DNA of 64,000 nucleotides. It comes from Pomacea canaliculata (Eukaryota). Every line of letters begins with the position of its first letter. Within the stretch, counting starts at the first letter, position 1. Below the pieces are notes generated by a model. It made no database searches and was not told the origin of the DNA. It saw only the letters and a list, made by a program, of their open reading frames with translations. The stretch spans positions 29,393,367 to 29,457,366 of the forward strand of contig NC_037593.1 of assembly GCF_003073045.1 (NCBI RefSeq), in the 5' to 3' direction. Below, one piece after another: positions 23,841-36,557 of the stretch. The position numbers and the translations under genes are program-made.

Positions 23841-25790
23841 ATTCGGACACTGCCAATATCTTTATATGAATGTTTCGTTGTGCACTCTTTGAAGATGCTG
23901 CTGGCAATTGCAAAAAAACATTGATAACACCAGCATCTGCGACGCATTTCTCTTAGAAAAGCAAACTAGAATTACTTCCCCTGTTTAAAGATGCCGGTCG
24001 CAACGGCAAACGTTCGTCGCTGTGTTGGTACACGAGCTGTAAAAGCATTTCAGGTTAAAAATTAAAACAAAATAGGAATTATAGTAGTGTTTGAAATATA
24101 TCCGCCCTTACTTATGTCAAACAGAATGCAAAGTTGGAGATAATTGATAATTATTCCTACCATAGTGTTATTTCTTGACTGCGTAGTTGTGTGGGTGTGG
24201 TATTTTGGAGGACTGCATGCATGGCTGCATCTGCTAGACTCAAGATTAAAGAACAGCAGTTGTTCTCCCTCTATCTCTCCCACTTAATAACTTTCAACAT
24301 TGTGTCGTCTAGTCTGTCAGCGTTTGAAACATGATTCATTACAATCTTTTACTCGAAAAAGCAAACCATTCGATAAAGGGGATATAAGTTAATTCGTGAT
24401 TCGATCTTCGTTTTAGTCAACGTGTACATTTGTCGTCTGCTACCCCGTTTCGTGTTTCGTGTTATTTCCCTCATCAGAAAACAAAGGTTATGAGCAGTAT
24501 TAAACTTGAACTATTTCAATGCAGAATGAAAGGCCATTTCACGAACCAGTTTTGAGTATACATGCTGTGTTGAGAACATGCAGAACGAATTAAAATGCTC
24601 ACTCGATCTCCACATGCCACGTAATATATATATGCATGTCGCTATACATATATAAACTAATTTAAAACAGTGCAAATAATTATATCCGAAGGATCGAGAA
24701 GGAAGATATATGAAACATCCGAAACATTTCGAAAATATCCAAATGACTTTACGATTGAAAAATTCGTGATTGTGAAAACCATAGAAATAAATTAAAAGAT
24801 TCGACATACGAATATATATTTATTAATTCTTCCTATCTAGGGGAGTTAAAAAACGATATGTCGGAAAAAAATCATGAATTTGTTTCATTCCGAACGTGAT
24901 AAGACGGGCTATAGATGTTAGCGATTGGGCGAAGAGTTTTCCTGGCCAGACACTGCGTGTTGCGAAATCACCTGCTCTACAAGCACACATTCGTGGTGCA
25001 ATACTTGCCGACCGCACCTCCTCGATCAGTAAGTAGTGTCGTGTTCTTGTTGATTTTGTTGTCGTTTTGTAACATAAATGTATAAACAGTTGGACATTTC
25101 AATTATTTAGGTGTCATTTTCACTTAAGCTGCCGAAAATTAAAAACTTTAAAGAATGCGCATGTACAGTAAAGCCCCGATAATTATAGCCAAGTTTATTA
25201 GAAAGCCGGAAGAAGATCCATAGGTGCAAGTGCACTGAAACAACTGAAAAAATACGATACAATAAATATGTGATTTATTTAGTTACTCTATTCGTGTGTG
25301 TGCTCGTCTGTATTCTTTCGCCGGTCGCTCTATCTATTGGTTTTATATATATAGATGCATATACTGTATAAATTCCTGCCGATAAGAATTTATATTGGTT
25401 TGGGGTGGGGGGATAAGATGTGCACATACGGTACATTGATTTTTTTGTCCCCTTGATCAAGATTTTTTTATTGTTTATATTGTTCAGTGTGATGGTTTTA
25501 TTAGAGGATCGTAACATTAATTGACTTTTGCGTTGATAATTATAAGGGTGCATTTTTTAAAAGTTCAATCTTTTAAAGATCACCGAATCATCTTACATAT
25601 CTTACTCATTGCACATGTTTATACATTTGAATTTAAACTTATTGTTTGTATTACTGAGACTATAAAGGTCAAAACGTAAGATTATCTTACCAAGTGAAAT
25701 GTAAACCCAAAAAGTAAGTTTCTTTTTTCAGTAGTTTTTTTTTTTTTTTTTAATATCGAGCAGTATGAGGTAGGATTATGCATTATATAC

Positions 25791-26144
25791 CAGTGGCGTA
25801 GGAACCAGGGGGGCAGCAGGGGCAGCCGCCCCTCCAAGGAAAAAACAGGGGGGGCAGGAATATCCTTTTGCCCCCCCCCCCCCAATATTTGAGACGTAAT
25901 TCCTCACAAAGAGCAAAGAACTGAAGAAAGGTAGGGGAACGTAGAGAGGAGACGGTCATCACCGTCACAAAAGCGGGCCCTGAGGCAAGTGGAGGCTCTA
26001 ACACCTCTGACGATCAGATCGTGCGTGCGTGCAGTACCCCCCCCCCCCCATCCATCCTTTTTTACGAAATGTGCGAGTGCGAACGCCGTTCACTGTCAGC
26101 AGGGAGTTTGCCCCCCCAACGCCGAACATCTTCCTACGCCACTG
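25791..26144. mobile_element. MITE-like non-autonomous DNA transposon, 354 bp, with perfect 14-bp terminal inverted repeats CAGTGGCGTAGGAA and a putative 5-bp TSD TATAC
   Basis: Left end 25791-25804 is cagtggcgtaggaa and right end 26131-26144 is ttcctacgccactg, its exact reverse complement. The flanks 25786-25790 and 26145-26149 are both tatac. The interior is G- and C-homopolymer rich and non-coding. Confidence 0.7.
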
Positions 26145-27294
26145 TATACATAAACTCAGGTATTGTTTGTTCTGTACCAGAGTACTGTGCATAATAAACT
26201 TTGACTTATAAACTACGATCTATATAACCCTTCATGTCTGAATACATGCATGTCATGACTATGAGCTTTACCCTTGTGGGAAGTGTAGTGTACGATATCT
26301 GAAACTGGAGCGAGGTCGTGTGGGCGTGTCGATCCGGTTCGTTGCTGTTAGTAACGTAAACAGTTTTGCTGACACCACGAAATTGTATACACATCCATGC
26401 TGACACGGATGAAATTTACTTAATTTGTTTTGAAATATTTACACAGTGCGTAGTCTTGCCAAATCAAATTTACTTGGAAGCCCTTGCTCAAGTGCTTAAT
26501 ACGTCACTTCCGGTAGGTTGAACGGGGACGGGGGTCGGGGGGGGCAGTTTCTAGGTCCACTGAACAGACGATGTCTTTATAGTCATCTAGCTACATTTAG
26601 TTACACCGAGGACGGATATTATAGTTCGTGGTTACATACTATTGACACTTACATTTTTCTTTGTAGAAGATCTTCTCACTGCCATTATTTCCTCTTCCTT
26701 CTTCTCCTCTTCGTCTGTCGTCGTCGATCGTTGTCTCAAATATTTCTTTGATCGTCGTCGATCAATCAGTTATACTGGATTATTGATCTCCACATTATAT
26801 ACATATAAATTATTATTATCTAGGTTATAATGCACAATCTAATTTGCTAAACTCGTAGACAGACTGGTTACATGACGAAAGTTTAGAGAGCACTTGTTTA
26901 GATCGCATCAATCAACACGACTGCGTGACACGTTCCCACATGTTTTCACGAAATAAATGTTGGCCACGTCTGTGTGGATTCATGTTGACTTTATTTTTAT
27001 TTGAAATGGTTAACTTAAGATATAATTATTAGCTTAGTTTTAGGTTATAACATAAAGGCAAACATTGCACAACCTTCAGAAATGTACCGGCGTAGGGTTC
27101 TATTAACACTGCCATTGACTCACACGTACGGCTCTGCCTTGCGCAAGATCAATAGAAAAAGCTGTTTCGGTACTTGCGAACGAGATATGCTGTGGTTAAC
27201 CACTCACATGACCTGGTTAGATGCCTTAAAAGTGCAATAGTTGGGTTTAAAAAGATTCCAAGGTGGTATATGAGGCAAGATTCACACGTCGAGG

Positions 27295-27372
27295 TCTTAT
27301 ATACCCGGAGTAATTTAAACGTACAGATCTAGGAAGTCCAGAAAACGACTATAACATGTACTAGAATCGGTG
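27295..27372 (+). promoter_or_regulatory. MVP: Candidate MVP core promoter and non-coding first exon (TATA-like ttatataccc followed by a GTGAGT donor)
   Basis: cttatatacccggag... lies about 1.1 kb upstream of the MVP ATG and is followed by ...aatcg|gtgagtta. An acceptor-like gtttgcag sits at 28358-28365 just upstream of the ATG exon. This is inference only. Confidence 0.3.
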
Positions 27373-28412
27373 AGTTATTAATTTTCCACATACTGTCGCT
27401 TACGTTATAAATTTTATAATTATTCGTTCAAATGTATTGTATGTTTTCTTGAAATACAGATTCTTATGTAAGCTGTTTCGATCATAATTATAATTTTTAG
27501 TTACTCGAATAAAGACTTGTATCATTATCAGGACTAACCTGGATATTTTAGGTGCTTTATAAGATGCAAAGTCATATCCTAAAACGAAAGATTGATTGCT
27601 ATTTATTCAACTTAAAAAAAAGAATTTTAATAAAAGAATTTGCATATTTAGAATTTCCCAATCTTCATCAGTTTACTACTTGTAAATAATGTAATGTGGG
27701 AAAGATTTCATTATTTATAGCTCCATATTCTGATACACATTAAAGAAGTGTGCATGCAAAGTACAAATCTAGTCTGGTGTTTATGCAAGCTGAGTCTGAT
27801 TCAGTGGACATGAGAATAATTAATTGCTGCCTTTAAACTGGATACGGGTGTATTTTATATATTGACATCACAATGAACATATTACTAATGGTGACACAAT
27901 TTCAACTGACACAAATCCTTATAAGAAATCATCATCTATTGATTCAGAGAGGATAAGGAAGTGTCACTTCCCAAAATGTAATTCGACATAATACAGTTCA
28001 ACAATCTATGACAAATTAATATGTATGATTTTCATTTAAAAGATTCACAAGTATCATGCCAAAGTTGACTTGAACAGTTCATACTGCATCATTAAAAGCT
28101 ATATACTAATGCTATATACGAGATTTAAAAGCAGTTTCAGCTGAAGAACCGCGCGGTTTGAATCTTAATTCAGCTATACTCAGAAAAAGCTTGATATATG
28201 TTCTTGATGGTGGGTGATGGGAACAAAGATTGACTAAATGCTCACTCTCACTGGTTGTATAGAGCTGGTCATGTATATTTTGACAATGTGCTTGCAAGCA
28301 TCTGTTATTAAGACACTATTTTAAAGCAATAAGCATAAAATTTATATCTAATGTTTGTTATGTTTGCAGAAAGTAAAGATTCCATTTTGAGCAACCCATT
28401 AGACTAGTAACC

Positions 28413-28558
28413 ATGGCGCAACGTGGAGGTCAGGCCCAGGGTCAGGATAACATCTTCAGGATTGCACCGTACTACTTCATTCATGTTCTTGATCAAAATA
28501 CCAATGTTACAAAGATTGAGATTGGGCCACAGACCTACATCCGCCAAGACAATGAAAG
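28413..28558 (+). CDS. MVP: Major vault protein (MVP) coding exon 1 (ATG 28413)
   Basis: Translation [48 protein letters not shown] aligns with human [39 protein letters not shown]. Donor GAAAG|GTTAGC, phase 2. Confidence 0.9.
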
Positions 28559-28943
28559 GTTAGCCACTATTACTGATTTTGGTTTTGGGTATTTGGAACG
28601 TATAGAAGTAACATCAACAATGAAATCTGAACCCCATTATATAAATTTACAGGTGTAAAATTCTGTTTATAATTTTAAAAAAAGGGCTTGATGCCAAATG
28701 ACAAATATATTTTTTTACTATTTTAGCACCGTTTGGATACCTCTCTGTGTGAACCAGCATTTTTGTAAAGCTTGACTGGTTTAATTATTACTAGATTTGG
28801 AATTTTTTTATTTCTGTTCTTCCTCAGTATAGTGCATGTCAATTTTTTATGATTAACCAAACTGTTTAAAGAAAAAAATGTTGTCTGCTTTAATCGCTTT
28901 TTTAATTGCCTAAATTATTGAATTGTTAATTTTCATTTTCAAG

Positions 28944-29139
28944 GGTTGTCTTTGGACCAGAGAAGATGACAGTAGTGCCACCACGGCATTACTGTGTGGT
29001 TGAGAACCCTGTTTTACGAGACAAAGATGGAAAAGTTGTTGTTGACAAGTCTGGGCAGGTTAAGCTGCAACATGCAGATCTTGAAATCCGCTTGGCACAA
29101 GATCCCTTTCCTCTCTACCCTGGGGAGGTTCTCAAGCAG
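28944..29139 (+). CDS. MVP: MVP exon 2
   Basis: Acceptor ttttcattttcaag|G. Translation (R)[65 protein letters not shown] matches human VLFAPMRMVTVPPRHYC...[25 protein letters not shown]. Donor CAG|GTTAGC, phase 0. Confidence 0.9.
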
Positions 29140-29458
29140 GTTAGCCTTGTTACCCATCTCACAGACCATTATGAGTATGGTCATGCTTTCATATCCGCAT
29201 TTTCAGCTATCCAAAAAAAAAAAAAAAAAAACAGAAAAAAAGAAAGAAAATGAAAGAAACAGTTCGCAAGTGCTAAAAAGTACAAGGTAAAAATGTGCCA
29301 TAATATGGAAAAATCCAGAAAGTTCTTTAAGCTTCGCTGGAATAGTAGGTACAACTTGTGTCAAAGGTAAAAGTAAATCAGACCACAAAATTTCAAAATT
29401 ATTAAAAAGATAACCATCTTTCATCTTTCATTTTTCCTGTTTGGTTTTGAAATTCCAG

Positions 29459-29582
29459 CCTGTTACACCTCTTAAAATAGTTCCAGCCAATTCTGCCTTA
29501 CGACTAAGAGCTGTTTTGGATTATGAGGATGAGTCAGGAGAAAAACGAACAGCTGGAGATGAGTGGCTTTTTGAAGGCCCAG
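29459..29582 (+). CDS. MVP: MVP exon 3
   Basis: Acceptor ttttgaaattccag|CCT. Translation [41 protein letters not shown](G) aligns with human [39 protein letters not shown]. Donor CCAG|GTGAGT, phase 1. Confidence 0.9.
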
Positions 29583-29725
29583 GTGAGTGCAGATTATTTT
29601 TTATGAACAAACATTTGATTTTTGTTATTTATGTTATTTTTTAATAATTTTTAATAATTTTTAAGTAAAGTGTTTAATGTGTACATGTACTAGATGTTAT
29701 CTGTGTCTTTGCTTATTTTTTTCAG

Positions 29726-29952
29726 GAACCTACATACCTCGGAAAGAAGTTGTTGTGGATGAAACAATCCGAGCAACTGTTGTTCGCCCCAATCAGGCCA
29801 TTCGCTTGCGTGCTCGTAAGGAATGCAATGATCGGGAAGGTACTGATAGGGTGACTGGGGAAGAGTGGCTGATGAAGAAAACTGGTGCCTACCTACCAGG
29901 GGCTTATGAGGAGGTGGTCGACATTGTAAATGCCTATGTCTTGACTGACAAG
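29726..29952 (+). CDS. MVP: MVP exon 4
   Basis: Acceptor gcttatttttttcag|GA. Translation (G)[75 protein letters not shown] matches the human vault repeat. Donor AAG|GTAATA, phase 0. Confidence 0.9.
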
Positions 29953-30414
29953 GTAATATTTCTTTAAATATTTCAGCTGACTTTTGACATAGTCTAGCTT
30001 TTTAAAGTAATAAAATGAAATAATAATAAAATGATTTTCATTTCACCAATCAAGATCAGCCTGCAACAAGGTTTCCAGATAGTATATTTATGTCTTAATT
30101 AATCCCATCTGTTCATGATTTGAGAATCTTCTTAAAATAGGTTTAAAACCTTAGTATTAGCTTTGAATTTGCATTGGTTTTTGTTTTTTTGTTCTAATTT
30201 TTTGGGTAGTCACTTTTTTCAATATGATGGCAGATTGTTGTAGTAGCTTCATAAAATATTTGTTGCTTGGAAAGCCAGATTATTTTTAGTTTGCTGATAC
30301 CAGTGAGCTTCTGTGATAAATACTTCTGTGTTGTTAAGTATCCTTTGACTTATTGTGGCAAGAAGAGTGTTTATTAACACCAACATCAATCTTAAGTCAC
30401 AATAATATTTTCAG

Positions 30415-30540
30415 AAAGCACTTCACATGAGAGCTTTGAGAACATTCAAAGATGACTTTGGTGTGACTCGCAAGAATGGTGAAGAGTGGCTAATTACACT
30501 GAAAGACACAGAGACACATATTCCCAATGTGTATGAGGAG
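30415..30540 (+). CDS. MVP: MVP exon 5
   Basis: Acceptor aataatattttcag|AAA. Translation KALHMRALRTFKDDFGVTRKNGEEWLITLKDTETHIPNVYEE aligns with human [42 protein letters not shown]. Donor GAG|GTACAT, phase 0. Confidence 0.88.
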
Positions 30541-30589
30541 GTACATGCTTCTGTGATTTATACATTTATCGTGGCTATTACTTACTTAC

Positions 30590-30990
30590 TGCCCATTATG
30601 CCGGTCGGCACGTAGGGCAGCGACAAAGGTCCTCCACTTTTGTCCTGGGCTAGCTTCCCCACAGTACCCCAGCTGTGATTTAGGGTCTTCATTTCTGTCT
30701 CCTTGTGATACCTCTGGAAGCCCATCGCACACATTGGTGGTGGTTTTCTTCGTCGCTGTTTCCGTAACAAGAGTGTTTTTTACGGGACAGGGTTAATGTT
30801 AGCCCTGTGCCCAACCCCCAACCTGGAGGGCCAGGGATCATGTTTCGTCTGGTATCTATCCTTTGACCTGCCCGGCTTGGGTGACCCTGCCCGGTATAGC
30901 TCTCAGGGTCATCGACACACACAAGCCCCCCGACCTCGACAAGGTAATGATCCTCCGGGGGGGATCATGGCTATAAACGAAATGAAAAAT
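30590..30990. repeat. GC-rich insertion in the otherwise AT-rich MVP intron 5, possibly a SINE or other TE-derived segment. It shows a weak resemblance to 5222-5330.
   Basis: There is a sharp compositional jump here (e.g. ...ctgcccggcttgggtgaccctgcccggtatagctctcagggtcatcgacacac...). A partly similar string gccggtatccaaccggaagtggcctagcctcggtttagggtgaagaccatccacac occurs at 5240-5300. Confidence 0.3.
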
Positions 30991-31272
30991 ATTCATAAGT
31001 TGCACTGAAACATTGGAAGATGCTCTTCCACTGTAGATCTATTTTTATTTTGATATTGATGAGTTTAAAAAAAAAATCAAATCATTATGGATAATTTGAC
31101 ATCTTCATTAGGGCTGTAATGTAAGGTACAGATATTTGAGGAAACAAGGAAAAGATACTTATTTTTCCTCGGTTGATTTTTGAATTAAATTAAATGTTCT
31201 AATGGCTGAGTTTTTGTTGTTGTTGTTGTTGTTTTTTTTAGTTTGTTATAATGACTGTTTCCTGGTAAATAG

Positions 31273-31383
31273 GTTGTTGGAGTGGTAAACATAACTACCC
31301 TGAACAACCGACAGTATTGTGTTATTCTGGATCCTTGTGATGACTTAGGCCGTCCTCAGCTTGGACAGAAGAAATTGATCAAG
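31273..31383 (+). CDS. MVP: MVP exon 6
   Basis: Acceptor ctggtaaatag|GTT. Translation [37 protein letters not shown] aligns with human [37 protein letters not shown]. Donor AAG|GTGAGG, phase 0. Confidence 0.9.
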
Positions 31384-32202
31384 GTGAGGCTTTACCCATT
31401 TTTTTTTCCCCCACTTTTCCTTTTTTTTTTTTTTTTGGAATTCTTGACTGGTACAATAAACCTACCTTTACCTTTACAGTTCCTTTCAAACTCTTATTCT
31501 TTTTAATGGTTCAGGGTTACAGTAATAAGAAATCAGAAAAGGGAGCAAAATTATATTTTAGTTCTCATTAAATCTCAACATTTATTATGTATAAGGAAAT
31601 CAAAGATATTTGAACCCTAGAACACTAATAGTTGCACAGAAGTACAATTGTGTTCAAATATATCCTCCTATAAACCTGCAGTAAAGACAGCTATAATTGA
31701 CACCACATTATACAATATTTCTTACATATTTAATTAATGTAATTTGCAAAAAACATATTTCTGTGTAGTCTTGTGTTAAAAAAAATTAAAGATGTCAACT
31801 ATATAATTATATATAAATTGCCATGAAATTAGGTTATAAGGCAAAAAATTGCCAAATAATTAACTTATTAGAATTCAAATATTACTTATCATTATATTGC
31901 CTCTTCGATTTTGTAGTACAAATCCATTTCAAAGTTAGTAGCCAATAGTTGTCTTTATTTGGCTTGATCTTTCAAATGTAACAAAATATCTAATTGCTCA
32001 AGGGAAACAATTCATAGTAAAATAGTCCTTAAAGGAGCAAATAGTTTCTTCCCATATTTATTCATTTGGTTTTGTACATTGCAATGCTTTAGGACTCCGC
32101 ACAGTTTATATTATACAGTGTTCCTATGAAGCAATCACTGTGCTTGTCAAGACGTTTGCATCCATGTTTTTTTTGTTTGTTTGCTTTTTTTTTTACTTAC
32201 AG

Positions 32203-32322
32203 GGAGAGCGATCATTCTTCCTCCTTCCTGGTGAGCAGCTTGAGAAAGGAATTCAGAATGTATACATTCTTGGTGAAGACGAGGGTCTCATTCTTCGAGC
32301 TAATGAAGCCTTTAAGGATGGG
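32203..32322 (+). CDS. MVP: MVP exon 7
   Basis: Acceptor ttttttttttacttacag|GGA. Translation [40 protein letters not shown] aligns with human [35 protein letters not shown]. Donor GGG|GTAAAT, phase 0. Confidence 0.9.
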
Positions 32323-32617
32323 GTAAATACTTAGACTCACACATGCAAAAGAAAAAACAGTGTCATAAACCTTATGTTTTGAAGTTAAAGTCATTAAATT
32401 TCTTTCTTTACTGGCTGTCTCCCTCTCAGTAAGGGATTCAGTTGAAAAGGAAAAAAGTGTAACAATTCAGTTTTCTTAAGTAAGACAAAAGACTAAATGC
32501 TCAGCTGGTCAGCTTTATATGAATTGGTTTCTTCTTCCCATTAACTGTTTTTGAGATTATTTCTATCTGTGATAGTAAATGGAGGCAATGATTTTTTTAT
32601 TTATTTTGCATCCTCAG

Positions 32618-32767
32618 TCGGTTGAGCGCAAACCAGGTGATCGGTGGATGATCAGGGGACCAGTTGAATATGTTCCCCCTGTTGAAGTGGATGTTTTGAT
32701 GAAGCGACAGACTATCCCTCTGGATGAGAATGAAGGAATTTATGTTCGGGATGTCAAGACTGGCAAG
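32618..32767 (+). CDS. MVP: MVP exon 8
   Basis: Acceptor ttattttgcatcctcag|TCG. Translation [50 protein letters not shown] aligns with human [45 protein letters not shown]. Donor AAG|GTTTGC, phase 0. Confidence 0.85.
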
Positions 32768-33978
32768 GTTTGCATTGAGCTATCCTTTGCCATTATCTGT
32801 ACACTTAAGACATGGAATATTAGCAAATATGAAAGAGTGAAGTAGGGAGAAAGGAGGCATTACAATACAACTTAATTAATCCACAAGGGCAATTCCAGAT
32901 AGTGTTTATACTACTAATATATAGATATATACATGTTGAAGTAACCTCTCTCTGTCTCTCATACACACACATTCCCAGCAACAGCAGATACAGTTGGTGA
33001 CTTTAGATCCTTTCAGCCCAGTACAAGATCATCAGTAGAGTTAAATGTAATCAAGTAAATGGCATGTGGAATGAAGGAATTTTGGTGACAATTGGTTCTG
33101 CATATAGGCATCGCATACCTGCAGCCATACTGCAAATGTGAAAACTCACATGCCAACGCATGGTCAGAAATAGGATGCCGGATGTCTTCCTAAGGATTGG
33201 CTGATGAGTAAAGTCCCTCTGCCTGATTCCTGTGATCTTGGAATAGATTTTAACAAGGGAGACAAGAATATCCATTTTCTTTAGGGAGAGGCTGTGGAAC
33301 AAAGAGATAAAAGAGAGGAGATGAGACTTTCATTGAAGGACTGATAGAACTGAGTGAGGATGACAGAGCTGACAGAGAAAGTTTGAGTTTCCATAGGAGG
33401 TACAGGCGTTGTTGGCTTTTACGGAGGATCATATCAGTGATAATGTCCCATTTAAGCTTATTATCAAAGATAGTCACTAGTATTTTATGCCGACTACCAT
33501 GATGGCATCATCATGGGATAGTACTGATGACTGCCTCAGGCTTGTTCATTAGAAAGTCAAAGATCATTTGCTTAGTCTTTGATGCATTTCGAATAAGAAA
33601 GTGTTTGTCACACCAGCATACAACATGTTTGTTATCATACAAAAGTGACAGCAAGGCAGAGTAATCAAAAAATTTTATAAGAAAGCTCCTATCCATAGTG
33701 CTTGTACAACCGTTAGATTATAGTATGAACAGTAGTGAAGACAAGCTTGCAGCAGCCCTGAGGGGAACCTGTACAAGTGACATAACATGATCTGCTGAAG
33801 AAGGGAAAGTTTGAAAATAATAATATCTTGACCTTTATTTATAAATGCTGTAATAACTGCAGAAGGTTGTAGTCATATGTCATGTCTACTACAGTCTGAA
33901 AATTGTCTCCATTTTCTGGTAAAGAATGGTTTATGAAAATGTAATGATTATTGCTGAATTGTGGATCCAATTTTACAG

Positions 33979-34220
33979 GTGAGAGCCATCACAGGTGCAA
34001 CATATATGCTGAACCAAGATGAGGAGCTGTGGGAAAAACAACTCCCCCCAGTTGTTGAACAGCTTTTGGCAGGTGGAAAAGATCCTTTGGCAGACCGCGC
34101 TGACCGTGGTGGTGATGCCACTCGCTCTACCAAACCTCGTGACAGGACTCACGTAGTATCCTTTCGTGTTCCTCATAATGCTGCTGTGCAGATCTATGAC
34201 TACAAGGAAAAGAAAGCAAG
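33979..34220 (+). CDS. MVP: MVP exon 9
   Basis: Acceptor atccaattttacag|GTG. Translation [40 protein letters not shown]...[25 protein letters not shown] aligns with human [30 protein letters not shown]...[23 protein letters not shown]. Donor GCAAG|GTAAAT, phase 2. Confidence 0.9.
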
Positions 34221-34729
34221 GTAAATATAATTCAAGGAAAAGATACCTTTGAAATTAGTAATTTAATGTAGACAATTTTGAAAAATAATTTTATGTAATT
34301 TGGATAGAGTGAAGTTTTATTTTTTTTTTAACTAAGCTGTCATCAGAATATTATTATGATATTAATATCTCTATTTGACTAGTTTGTAATGAATTAAATA
34401 TTATTTAAAAATAAATTTCCTTCATCAGCCAGTTTTTGACGAGTCATTGTTGTAAGGGAGATAACTTGAATTCTACATGCCAACAACAAAAATTACGTTA
34501 ATATGAGGATAAAATGTGAGACATATGTTATCCATGTTTTAACAGAGTTTAGCTTTATCACATTTGTTTTTTAACTAACAGAATAATTCTATAACCTAGT
34601 TCCAGATAAATTCTTTAAATCTAAAGTGATTTATAATATAGGTAGATTCTAAACATGACAGAATATCTGTTCATTACGGAAATTTATTCTCAAAGATTCA
34701 ATCACCATGATTGTTATTCTTGTTTTCAG

Positions 34730-34927
34730 AGTGGTCTTTGGGCCTGAACTGGTGATGCTAGGCCCTGATGAGCAGTTTACACAGCTTAGTCTCTCAGGAG
34801 GCAAACCCAAGAAACCCAATCAGATCAAATCTCTCTGCCTGCTACTGGGACCAGATTTCTGCACTGATATAATCACTGTAGAAACTGCAGACCATGCCCG
34901 CCTGTCACTGCAGTTATCATACAACTG
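34730..34927 (+). CDS. MVP: MVP exon 10
   Basis: Acceptor ttattcttgttttcag|A. Translation (R)[65 protein letters not shown] matches human [30 protein letters not shown]...[31 protein letters not shown]. Donor AACTG|GTGAGC, phase 2. Confidence 0.9.
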
Positions 34928-35427
34928 GTGAGCAATTTTTTAAATGTCAGTATTATGCTCCTGCTGCTTAACTTCTGTTACCTTTTTGGTCAGGACAGCA
35001 AACTCTACAGACTCGAAGTTGAAGAGATCTCTGAGTGACTAGATGCCCTGGCCATTTTTAAACAAGGTTGACAGTCTAATGCACTTAGTCTGATATACGC
35101 ACTTTACTGATCTGTCTGTAAACTTAGTATTTCGACAAGACAGCACTTCAAATTGATTTGTCCATGCTTAAGGAGGACTTTACACTTGAATGGACCATGG
35201 TTAATGCATTCAGCCCTGGTTTTTTATGATACAGATTGTTAAGGCTTTTGAAATGCATTTTATCAGTCTTTTAATCAGACTGTCAAAAGAGCCTACAGTA
35301 TATTTATCAAGAATTTAAGAAGAATTGCTAAAAATCTTCGTGATTTGCATTTGCATGAAATAAAAAATTATTGCTTTGTTTGTGGTTTGAACTGATGGTA
35401 ATGTCTTCATAATCTATTGTTTTGCAG

Positions 35428-35569
35428 GCATTTTGAAACAGGTAGTAAAACACCCGAGGATGCAGCAAAGCTCTTCTCTGTCCCAGATTTCACAGGCGAT
35501 GCATGCAAAGCAATTGCCTCTCGCATTCGTGGTGCTGTGGCCCAAGTGCAGTTTGATGACTTTCACAAG
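35428..35569 (+). CDS. MVP: MVP exon 11
   Basis: Acceptor ctattgttttgcag|G. Translation (W)[47 protein letters not shown] aligns with human [49 protein letters not shown]. Donor AAG|GTAATT, phase 0. Confidence 0.9.
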
Positions 35570-35803
35570 GTAATTGCTCAGTGGAGAAAATTAAAAACTG
35601 GTTGCAAGATCTCCACAAAATGTATATACACACAGACAGAGAGAAGAAAAGGATAACCATAAAAAGCAACATGGCTGGTACATTCCTTATCAGATGTTTA
35701 CCTTTTGGGATTGCTTCTTAAAAATCACTGCACTTCAGTGTTTCACGTCTGCCAAGTTTACTTCCGTACTTTATTTCTGATACATTTGTGGAATTTGTTT
35801 CAG

Positions 35804-36015
35804 AACTCAGCCAAGATCATTCGTTCCTCTGTCTTTGGTTTTGATGCTAACAGCAAAGTGAGGGAGAAGTTCACCTTTCCCCAGAACAACCTCGTCATAA
35901 CTAGCATAGACATCCAGTCTGTGGAGCCTGTGGACCAGCGTACACGCGATGCTCTACAAAAATCTGTGCAGCTGGCTATTGAGATCACAACAAACTCTCA
36001 AGAAGCTGCTGCTCG
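35804..36015 (+). CDS. MVP: MVP exon 12
   Basis: Acceptor ggaatttgtttcag|AAC. Translation [70 protein letters not shown] is nearly identical to human ...[33 protein letters not shown]. Donor CTCG|GTGTGT, phase 2. Confidence 0.9.
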
Positions 36016-36313
36016 GTGTGTATAAAAAGCTCTTAGAATAAACCGGGGACCTATTGTGTGTGTGTGGGAAGAGGGGCTTGTGCACGTGTGTGCTACAGGT
36101 TAGCATCAGTGTGTTGGGCAATTATTAGGATATGCATAGTTTGTCATTTATTATTTTGAAGCTAAACATTTTAACACTCTAAACATTCTCATCTTGTTTC
36201 TTTAACTCATGATATTGAAAGAAAAGATGTGAAATGGCAAACATCTTCCAGTTTTGGTATTTGTGAAGATATGTTGTCTGCATCTTTTTAATCCATTGTA
36301 ACCTCTACATTAG

Positions 36314-36557
36314 GCATGAGGCTGAGAGACTTGAGCAAGAAGCAAAAGGAAGACTGGAGCGACAAAAGATTGTTGATGAGGCTGAGGCAGAAAAGTCCCG
36401 TCGCCATCTACTGGAGCTTCAAGCTCAGAGTGCAGCTGTTGAAAGCACAGGTCAGGCAAAGGCAGAGGCCCAGAGTCGTGCAGAATCAGCCCGCATTGAG
36501 GGAGAGGCTGCAGTGGAGCAAGCAAAGCTAAAGGCCCAGGCCATGAAGATTGAAGCT
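36314..36557 (+). CDS. MVP: MVP exon 13 (start of the coiled-coil cap-helix region)
   Basis: Acceptor aacctctacattag|G. Translation (R)[81 protein letters not shown] aligns with human [84 protein letters not shown]. Donor GCT|GTGAGC, phase 0. Confidence 0.9.

Noticed and set aside
25682-26211. ORFs 25682-25885, 25783-26004, 25998-26192 and 26029-26211
   Set aside because: They are driven by poly-G and poly-C runs inside the MITE-like element. They have no codon structure and no homology.
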